DNA of 26,344 nucleotides, from positions 1 to 26,344 of the IMG/VR virus record IMGVR_UViG_3300044852_000013, one strand, 5' to 3'. Positions within the stretch are counted from its first letter, which is position 1; each line of letters opens with the position of its first letter. This document shows, in pieces, positions 15,798 to 22,702 of this stretch. Under the pieces are notes generated by a model. It had not been told where the DNA came from and searched no databases. It saw nothing but the letters and a program-made list of their open reading frames with translations. The translations under genes were made by a program, and so were the position numbers. Source of the stretch: a virus (lineage: Duplodnaviria > Caudoviricetes).

Positions 15798-16460
15798 CTA
15801 TAACATTTGGGCCCCAGCCTTAGGGCGTTGCTTGATCTTGTTAAGCTTATGCATCAGGATAGGAAGCACCTGTGCGTAGACTTGATCAGGGTTCACTTCA
15901 GCGTCGATTACGTGGTACGTATCAGCACGATCAAGATCACGCGCACATCCCAAGTAGTTGATACGCGCCACATCCAGCATGGTAATCAGTAAACGATCGA
16001 ACTGATCACCAACCTTCTCTTCAGGACGAATGCGCTCCTGGAAGATACGTGGGTTACCGTCCAACAGGAAGGTCATGTCAGGATAGATACCGTGCACCAA
16101 CTCATGCAGCTTTCTGAGTTTACCAATACCAACCGCATGCTGGAAGGAAAAGGTCGAATCACAGTAACGATCACACAGAACAATCTTACCAGCTTCCAAT
16201 GCTGGAAGAATGATGTCCTTGGTATTCTCGTTACGCGCAGCGTTAAACAGCAGCGCTGTGGTCATCGGATCCAAAGGCTTCATATCAGGGAAACCATTAC
16301 GACAAAAAGGTCGCAGGAACTCAGCCGCCTCAGTACCACCAGGTTCCCGTGTGCGAACATACGGAAGACCAGTGTCTATCAGCCATTGCTCAATCTTGTC
16401 AGTCAAGGTGCTCTTACCGCTACCACCCAACCCTTCTACTACCCAAAACTGTCCTTTCAT
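15798..16460 (-). CDS. tmk: Thymidylate kinase family protein (divergent active-site residues)
   Basis: P-loop EGLGGSGKST, TREPGGT, ALLF.AAR, ILPAL..GKIVLCDRY.DST and PD.TFLLD. Confidence 0.92.
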   Translation of the reverse strand: MKGQFWVVEGLGGSGKSTLTDKIEQWLIDTGLPYVRTREPGGTEAAEFLRPFCRNGFPDMKPLDPMTTALLFNAARNENTKDIILPALEAGKIVLCDRYCDSTFSFQHAVGIGKLRKLHELVHGIYPDMTFLLDGNPRIFQERIRPEEKVGDQFDRLLITMLDVARINYLGCARDLDRADTYHVIDAEVNPDQVYAQVLPILMHKLNKIKQRPKAGAQML

Positions 16461-17422
16461 GCAACCACTTCCCCGTTAAGTTTTTCCGCTTCAGCCACCC
16501 ACTTCCAGGTCGAGAGTTCCCCGACCATCTTGATGTGCTGCTCCACGAAGTTTTTGAAGTTAGAGACGCTATTACGTTCCCATGTATCAAAGGTCACGTT
16601 ATACCGCCAAGAATATAACTTACTCAATTCGAGTACCAGGTTCATCGCCTCATCAGGCAGACCCACATCAGATGGTAGACCAAAGCCACACATGATACGA
16701 ATGTGAGCCGGAATATCGGTCAGTGTTACATCCCAATGCTCAGGCATCTCCATGTCCAACTGCTGGGCAAGTTCCTTGAGCTTGTGTGGGTAGGCGTTAT
16801 AAACAGCCTTATTCTCATGAGGCCATACGCGGGCCTTACCGTTTACCAATACCAGGTCTTTCAAAACCTGGGGAAGCATGGCGTAGATGTCTTTCTTGTC
16901 CATATCCCACAGCGGCATGCGGAAAGGAGTTTCCAGATTATCCGCGTTACCCAGGCGACCGATAACGCTCGGTACTAGGGTGCACAAGTCGTGGTAATCT
17001 TGCTCAGAGTGGTCCCACTCGATGAGCGACGTTTCAGAGGCATCGGCTCTGTTCCAACCAATCCAGGTTCCAGGATTCTCATCGTAGTTCATACGACGAA
17101 TATCGGCCATGCCAAATGCAGTGGCCAGTTGTTGGGTGATGGAGTTACACACCTGATTTTCGGAACGGTCACCACCTTTCATACGGGCCGCGAAAGGTGC
17201 GTCCATGGAATAAGAAATAGTGCTGATCGAACCGCCCTTAAAGGTCATCTTCTTGACCTCCTCGACGATCCGGTGCATGGTGTACATTTCGTACATCATC
17301 GTCTCAGGAATACCTGACACGTTCATCATGTGCAGGTTTACTTTAAACCCACGACGTAGCGCCATCATCAGCAAAGCAGTGGAATCGATACCAGCACTGA
17401 AAGCAATGTTAACTTCAGACAT
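16457..17422 (-). CDS. QueC-like PP-loop (adenine nucleotide alpha-hydrolase) ATP pyrophosphatase lacking the Zn-binding Cys cluster
   Basis: N-terminal IAFSAGIDST (S-G-G-x-D-S variant), WIGW...D and MPLWDMDKKDI (QueC-like P-L-x4-K-x2-I). ATG 17422 follows a GGGG RBS. ATGA overlap with tmk. Confidence 0.7.
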   Translation of the reverse strand: MSEVNIAFSAGIDSTALLMMALRRGFKVNLHMMNVSGIPETMMYEMYTMHRIVEEVKKMTFKGGSISTISYSMDAPFAARMKGGDRSENQVCNSITQQLATAFGMADIRRMNYDENPGTWIGWNRADASETSLIEWDHSEQDYHDLCTLVPSVIGRLGNADNLETPFRMPLWDMDKKDIYAMLPQVLKDLVLVNGKARVWPHENKAVYNAYPHKLKELAQQLDMEMPEHWDVTLTDIPAHIRIMCGFGLPSDVGLPDEAMNLVLELSKLYSWRYNVTFDTWERNSVSNFKNFVEQHIKMVGELSTWKWVAEAEKLNGEVVA

Positions 17423-17441
17423 CAATAAATCCCCATCGATC

Positions 17442-17477
17442 AAAAAAATAAACCCTACCCTCCGAAGAGGGTAAGGT
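17442..17477 (-). terminator. Terminator/attenuator with a C(UUCG)G tetraloop between the Nudix and PP-loop genes
   Basis: Minus strand TACCCTC-TTCG-GAGGGTA, then GGGTTTATTTTTTT. Confidence 0.8.
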
Positions 17478-17484
17478 ATTACAG

Positions 17485-18294
17485 TCAGGCTGCTGGCGCG
17501 AAGTGCGACAGGATGTAGTCTTCAACCGCTTCGATCTGATCAACGATCATCTTCGACCACGGTTCGAGCGGACATTCTGGATCTTTGAACAGTTGCTCGT
17601 TCTTGAGGGCGTCGACAGTTGCCCAGCCCACGGCGTCGTTCTGAGGCTCGGCCATTTCGAAGCGAACAGCTTCGGTAGCGTCGATGGCGTACACCACACC
17701 GTAGTGGATGTTGCCAACATAGCCATGTTCTGGCTGGCTGTCCATGACGAAGCCGATCTTCTTGAACTGGGCTTCTTTGGCATCGATCATGACGTTGTCA
17801 GTGCAGTTCATGCCGTTGGCGTCGAACAGCTTGACTTCTTCACTGCCTTCACGGTCGACGGAGTCGTCGGTGGTTTCGTCCATGTCGATCAGCGGAGTCT
17901 GGGTCAACAGACCACAGTCAGTGATCATGTGGTACGACACGTCGTAACCTTCGATGTGACCACCGGCGCCCAGGCTGAGCTTGGAAGCCAGGCGACCTTC
18001 GCCGTTGGTCTTGTTACGACGGTAGACCATGAACTCCACACGAGGACGGTCGTGCTGAAGATCGTGGACGATACGGTAGAACAGGGTATAACCGATGCCT
18101 TGACGCAGCAGTTCGAACTTGGTGTTCAGAGCGCGTACGGAGCCCATAGTGATCGCATCGAGTTCACGCAGCTTGGTGTGCATCTCGGACTGTGGAAACA
18201 GTGTGAATGCGTTGTCAGGCGCGATAGCAGCCAACGATGGACCGTGAACACCGTAAGTGAACTCAGCGCCTTTTGCAACTTCTTTCAAAATCAT
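17485..18294 (-). CDS. Nudix-family hydrolase (COG4112/YmaB-like predicted phosphoesterase)
   Basis: YRR....GE.RL..KLSLGAGGHIE, a split Nudix box ending REGSEEV, VG.IHYG.VY and LEPWS. AGGAG RBS. Confidence 0.8.
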   Translation of the reverse strand: MILKEVAKGAEFTYGVHGPSLAAIAPDNAFTLFPQSEMHTKLRELDAITMGSVRALNTKFELLRQGIGYTLFYRIVHDLQHDRPRVEFMVYRRNKTNGEGRLASKLSLGAGGHIEGYDVSYHMITDCGLLTQTPLIDMDETTDDSVDREGSEEVKLFDANGMNCTDNVMIDAKEAQFKKIGFVMDSQPEHGYVGNIHYGVVYAIDATEAVRFEMAEPQNDAVGWATVDALKNEQLFKDPECPLEPWSKMIVDQIEAVEDYILSHFAPAA

Positions 18295-18296
18295 TC

Positions 18297-19094
18297 TTAC
18301 TGCTCCTGTTTACGACGATAGAAATTAATGCGGTTAACACCGACCTGGTGAATCTCTTCCCAGGACTTAGAACCAAGGTTGTAGTACATACAGATAACCC
18401 AACCCAGTGTAAGATGACCGTGACCGTCTTCCATCTCACACTCGAGTAACGTGTTAATATCAGCCAGGGTTCTGAACGGCTCGTTCTCTAGAACTGCAAC
18501 CAGCTTCTTGCGTAGTTCGTCACCCTTCATTCCCAGTGGAGTGGAGAAGTGGTTACGACGCCAAGCAGTCCAAGGGTGCTCACATCCAATCGGTGCGGAG
18601 CCGAAAGGACTTGGTTCGCCTTTGGTTGGACGATAGTGCTTATCGAGCATCCGGGTGAACTCGCCTTCATCCAGTTCTGCCACACAAGTGTCATACGGTT
18701 TAGGGGCCATGGTTTTCCAGTGTCCTTTAAAGAAAGGGTCGATTGTAAACGCGTCACTAATGAATTCCAGATAAGTACCTGGCTTGGTTATCCGGTCTAC
18801 CTCAGTAGCGGTATACCAAGTAACAATAAGTGCGCGCAGTATAGAACGACAAACCTTAGCGTCGAAAGCGATTACATGAAAACAGTGACCTTGCCCGACA
18901 TCGCCATCGTAACTGTACCAGGGCGTATAACCACCCTTAATGATAGGGTGCGGCTTGGAGATACACAGTCGATTGCCATCAAAGTCATGCTTGGTGTAAA
19001 GCGTGATCAAATGTCCAGCTAACACAAACTTATCGCGCGGACCTATAAACATCCCCAGCTTAACCAACAGCTCTACGAGTGTATACGTATCCAT
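18297..19094 (-). CDS. 265-aa hypothetical protein
   Basis: Long ORF with a GGAG RBS and TAATG coupling to the upstream gene. No recognised motif. Confidence 0.75.
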   Translation of the reverse strand: MDTYTLVELLVKLGMFIGPRDKFVLAGHLITLYTKHDFDGNRLCISKPHPIIKGGYTPWYSYDGDVGQGHCFHVIAFDAKVCRSILRALIVTWYTATEVDRITKPGTYLEFISDAFTIDPFFKGHWKTMAPKPYDTCVAELDEGEFTRMLDKHYRPTKGEPSPFGSAPIGCEHPWTAWRRNHFSTPLGMKGDELRKKLVAVLENEPFRTLADINTLLECEMEDGHGHLTLGWVICMYYNLGSKSWEEIHQVGVNRINFYRRKQEQ

Positions 19095-19408
19095 TACTGC
19101 TCCGATGCCTTACGTTGCTCGATAAGCGTTTTAACGGCTTGGACAGCTTCAACTAACTTATTCGGTTGAGCGACCCAAGCGGTACCATCAGGATAGAAAT
19201 CCACAACGCGTACTTTAGGAATAGAAACATTTCCTTTACTGCGGTTATACCCAGGCAGCGCACAGGTAACCTGAACACAGCTAGGTTTCATGGTGAAGGT
19301 GGGGTTATACGTTATCCTGAAACCGTTTATAACTGTTTCGGTTTTACGATCGGTAAAGAAACCCGTTTCGTCTAACTCGTGATATAACTTACCGTAGTCA
19401 CGTGTCAT
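19094..19408 (-). CDS. 104-aa hypothetical protein
   Basis: The start at 19408 (MTRDYGK) has a GGGGA RBS. The alternative start at 19471 lies inside a hairpin. Confidence 0.7.
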   Translation of the reverse strand: MTRDYGKLYHELDETGFFTDRKTETVINGFRITYNPTFTMKPSCVQVTCALPGYNRSKGNVSIPKVRVVDFYPDGTAWVAQPNKLVEAVQAVKTLIEQRKASEQ

Positions 19409-19443
19409 CCCTATCCCCAAAAATAAACAAAATGCGTAATAGT

Positions 19444-19473
19444 GGATGACTAAGGATCTCTCCCTAGTCATCC
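19444..19473 (-). terminator. Hairpin with GAGA tetraloop after the 146-aa gene
   Basis: Minus strand GGATGACTAGGGA-GAGA-TCCTTAGTCATCC. U-rich sequence follows about 11 nt later. Confidence 0.7.
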
Positions 19474-19489
19474 TTACTACTGCGGGGTA

Positions 19490-19930
19490 TTAGCCGAACA
19501 GCTTGGTAGCCAGTTCAACGTTGTGGTCGCGATGCTGTTGCAGCCAGTCGGTTTGTTCTTCGCTGTGGTAGTAGTCGATCGCGGTGGTCGACACGCCGTA
19601 CAGGTGATCATCACCCACTTGCTGTTGCAGGTGGTGCTGGGAGTTGATGGTGAAACCGCCGAAGTCCAGGGTGCCGTCGATGGTGGTCAGCTTGTTGTTG
19701 TCAGCGAACTGATCACGCGCTACTTGTGCGGTAGCCACTTCAACCTGGCCGGACAGCTGATTGATGTAGGTCACGTGAGCCTGCATCGATTCCGGAGTGA
19801 TGTCTTCCGGCAGTTCCAGTTTCGTAGCATCGAAAGTCGCGTGGTTGGTGGCCTTGTTGTAAGTGACGTTTTCCACCAGTTCTTTAACGGACGCGTCTTG
19901 TGCTGCGGAGTATTCTTTATTCAAGCTCAT
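19490..19930 (-). CDS. 146-aa hypothetical protein, probably abundant and early
   Basis: GAGG RBS, strongly optimised codons and an upstream early promoter. Confidence 0.85.
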   Translation of the reverse strand: MSLNKEYSAAQDASVKELVENVTYNKATNHATFDATKLELPEDITPESMQAHVTYINQLSGQVEVATAQVARDQFADNNKLTTIDGTLDFGGFTINSQHHLQQQVGDDHLYGVSTTAIDYYHSEEQTDWLQQHRDHNVELATKLFG

Positions 19931-20011
19931 TGTAAACCTCGTGAGTGGTTATGTGGTTGTGAAGAATTAGGAAGCAAGAAGAGGTGGTGTCCACGTCCCC
20001 CCAGACGGTAA

Positions 20012-20067
20012 GTCTGTTGCTCGGGATAGTGATATAGGTTTGAAATATTCTTACCCGAACAACAGAC
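20012..20067. repeat. 14-bp inverted repeat (1 mismatch) with a 28-nt spacer that holds the promoter
   Basis: GTCTGTTGCTCGGG (20012-20025) and CCCGAACAACAGAC (20054-20067). Confidence 0.9.
20029..20045 (-). promoter_or_regulatory. Second early promoter
   Basis: Minus strand TTTCAA-acc-TATATCAC: the same two boxes and spacing as the promoter at 14889-14905, with 1 mismatch to TATATTAC. Confidence 0.7.
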
Positions 20068-20081
20068 CGGACGATTACCTT

Positions 20082-21005
20082 TTAGCCGACCAGTGTGCTA
20101 CGGATAGTATTTGGTTCTGGTTCAGCAGCAGCTTGAAGAGTGATGTCTTCATTTTTACCCAGATCCACAGTACCGTCTGGCGAAACGACTTTAACGTTGC
20201 CGAAGGTCTTGCGGATTTGTTCGATGGTGGCGGTAGGATTCGGATCATCCTTGTCGATGATCACAGTGTGAACGCCCACGCCCAGGAGTGCGGATGCCTC
20301 GCTCAGGGTGTCGAACTCGCCGTCAGTGGCCAGCATGTCCAGCAGGTCGAACGGATCGCTCAGATGGCTGCCTTCGTCGCTGGTAGGAACCGCGTAGTAG
20401 CTGATAACCTGACCGATGGTTTTCAGGAAGTACTCGTTGGTGAAACCTTGCTTCTCGAACATGACCTCAGCGAAGTCAGTAGCGTTCGGGTAATCGGTCA
20501 TTGCCGTCTGGACGGTTTCCGACAGATCGAAACGAGTAGCCATGTACGCGACCAATGCTTCAGCTTTGGCGCGAGGTGTTTCTGCCACTGCGAATGCGAT
20601 CAGGGCATCATCGTAACCCATCAGACGACCAGCGACCATTTGGAACAAACCAACGTGATCTTTGAAATCGCCAGCAGCGATACGGTTGGATACCGCGACG
20701 TTGGTGTGGTGTTCGGAACCAATGGTGCCTTTGGTCCAGGCCGTCAGACGGTTGCCCACAGAACGCATGTGCTGGGCGACCAGTTTAGCGATGTAGATGT
20801 GAACGGCGTCGCTCTTCTTCGTGCTGACAGATACACCGCTGATCAGATGATTACCGGTATTGGCGTCCTTGGAGTTTTCCCACTCTTTAGCCGAGGTTTC
20901 CAGCAGAGCGTGAAGAATATTGACACCGCCCGTAACTTCGCGCAGCGTGTTAACGAACGACAGAGCTTCCAACAGTTGAACAGCTGCACGAGATTGAGTA
21001 TCCAT
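20082..21005 (-). CDS. 307-aa hypothetical protein
   Basis: GAGG RBS and optimised codon usage. No recognised motif. Confidence 0.85.
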   Translation of the reverse strand: MDTQSRAAVQLLEALSFVNTLREVTGGVNILHALLETSAKEWENSKDANTGNHLISGVSVSTKKSDAVHIYIAKLVAQHMRSVGNRLTAWTKGTIGSEHHTNVAVSNRIAAGDFKDHVGLFQMVAGRLMGYDDALIAFAVAETPRAKAEALVAYMATRFDLSETVQTAMTDYPNATDFAEVMFEKQGFTNEYFLKTIGQVISYYAVPTSDEGSHLSDPFDLLDMLATDGEFDTLSEASALLGVGVHTVIIDKDDPNPTATIEQIRKTFGNVKVVSPDGTVDLGKNEDITLQAAAEPEPNTIRSTLVG

Positions 21006-21069
21006 TACTACTTCCTCTTGGTTTATGGTAAAACGCGCTAATGTCTATATGTATACGTGTACCGTGAAT

Positions 21070-21108
21070 AAATATAACCCCTACCCCCGGTCAAGGGAGT
21101 AGGGGTTA
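21070..21108 (-). terminator. Terminator ending the head-protease operon
   Basis: Minus strand TAACCCCTACTCCC-ttgacc-GGGGGTAGGGGTTA, then TATTT. Confidence 0.8.
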
Positions 21109-21116
21109 GTACTGTC

Positions 21117-21977
21117 TTATTTGAAAACAGACAAGGCGCTGGAACGAACAACTTGAATCTTCTTGTCGTGTTGACCACGAAGACGCTGTTCTACGTCGCG
21201 AATCATCTTCGAGACCGCCGCGTAGCTTTCAGTACCGGCAAAGCGAGCCTTGGCTGCTTCACTGTTTACTGTCTGCTTGCACATGAACAGGAACTCGTCA
21301 ACCGTCGCTTCCACTTCCGCAGGAGTTGGGTTGTACAGCGCAGAAGACAAGAAGTCTTCCAGACCCGCAGTGCGGTGCTTACAGGCATTCAACATGCCCT
21401 GCTCCATCACCACGTCATAACCAGTGAAGTATTCCACCTCACGGTTACGATCGCCCATCTGCTGCGGCTTGGTCACCGTGCGGATGGAGATCGCTGTGTT
21501 CATGTCCGGATCGTCGATGCTGTCCTGGAACACTTCTTTGAGAGGACCGAAAGCTCGGATCTCTACTTTGTTGTGCACCGGGTCGCGATCGCCACCAGTC
21601 ATGATCCAGTGAATCTTCCGGATGGCTGCACAGACGTTGGGTTCCAACACTGTACGCAAACGGTGAATCCACTGATACAGATCCGTGATAGGCGTTTGAA
21701 CAATACGCCCGCCTTCACGAGTCCAGAAGTACTGCGGAGGATGCCCCAACTCACACCAGAGCTGGTTTTCCGCTGCACGACGGTTGAGGTCGCTATCAGG
21801 GTGCATGCACTCTTTGATGTAGTCGTTGAAACGGTAACCCACACCACCACGGTTTTGAATGTTGAAACCACCCGAGTTCATCAGGTAGTAGGGGCTGTTA
21901 GGCTCCATCGGTTTCAGAATGCCACGTTTACCACTTCCTTCCAGCACCGTGCTGCCGAATGTGATGATTTGACTCAT
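21117..21977 (-). CDS. Prohead (head maturation) serine protease, phiKZ gp175-like
   Basis: ELGHP (His79), AISIR (Ser164) and GYDVV.E.G motifs, with a C-terminal G-L-E autocleavage-type site. Synteny with the vRNAP beta gene. Confidence 0.88.
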   Translation of the reverse strand: MSQIITFGSTVLEGSGKRGILKPMEPNSPYYLMNSGGFNIQNRGGVGYRFNDYIKECMHPDSDLNRRAAENQLWCELGHPPQYFWTREGGRIVQTPITDLYQWIHRLRTVLEPNVCAAIRKIHWIMTGGDRDPVHNKVEIRAFGPLKEVFQDSIDDPDMNTAISIRTVTKPQQMGDRNREVEYFTGYDVVMEQGMLNACKHRTAGLEDFLSSALYNPTPAEVEATVDEFLFMCKQTVNSEAAKARFAGTESYAAVSKMIRDVEQRLRGQHDKKIQVVRSSALSVFK

Positions 21978-22699
21978 ACAGGGACCCCTTTAATGATCTT
22001 CTCCAGATCAGTAACACGGTCATCAGGGTTCACAATAGCCGCCACCGTGTTGTCACGTTGGTAACCGCCCATGATTTTCGGGAAGGTCCCGTCGATCAAG
22101 AGCCCACTGTTGTTAAGACCCACAATCACTGGAGGTCGTCCTTCCAACATCGCCTTACTGTACCGGTACGGTTTTTCCAGGTTATCTGGATCGCGAAACA
22201 TCAGCGACATATAGACGCGCATCACCTGGGGACTGCTACCCACCGGATCACCACTCTGCGTAGCCGCCAAGTCAAACATCGACGACAACGCGTTTTCAGT
22301 GACATACCAAGGACGTTTGGCGTAGTAGAGAAATTCCATGTAATACGCATACGGCTGATTGGGCTCTTGCAGTACGTTGGTGTTCTCGATTACCGTGTCG
22401 CCTTTGGTAAACTCCAACACCAGGTACTGAGTGCCTTTAATCGCAACTTCACGAATGCTCAACGGAACCAGGGTAATGTCCATCAATGACATCAGGGGAG
22501 CGTAACACTCCCCCGGTATCACCAACCCAAGCACCGCAGGCGTTGTGACTGTTTCCCCTACCACTGCCATACCACTGTCAACAAACCGCTTGGGCAGATG
22601 GACCTCGAAATCACGTTTAGCGATAACGGACCCATCTTCCAATTCAGTAAACAGTCGGTCTGCAATCAGGGGATCGTGCTTGAGACTGCCGACGTCCAT
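21974..22699 (-). CDS. Virion protein, phiKZ gp176-like
   Basis: 241 aa directly upstream of the protease with an ATGA overlap. RDPDNL..PYR and K..GGY motifs. Assignment mainly by synteny. Confidence 0.65.
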   Translation of the reverse strand: MDVGSLKHDPLIADRLFTELEDGSVIAKRDFEVHLPKRFVDSGMAVVGETVTTPAVLGLVIPGECYAPLMSLMDITLVPLSIREVAIKGTQYLVLEFTKGDTVIENTNVLQEPNQPYAYYMEFLYYAKRPWYVTENALSSMFDLAATQSGDPVGSSPQVMRVYMSLMFRDPDNLEKPYRYSKAMLEGRPPVIVGLNNSGLLIDGTFPKIMGGYQRDNTVAAIVNPDDRVTDLEKIIKGVPV

Positions 22700-22702
22700 T
22701 GA

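Noticed and set aside
16457-17422. Calling this gene queC and inferring 7-deazaguanine DNA modification
   Set aside because: The Zn-binding cysteines are absent and no folE, queD, queE or dpdA gene is in the window.
19409-19471. Hydrophobic N-terminal extension (YYAFCLFLGIG) suggesting a membrane anchor or holin
   Set aside because: It is translated from the terminator hairpin and its U-rich tail. The likely start is 19408.
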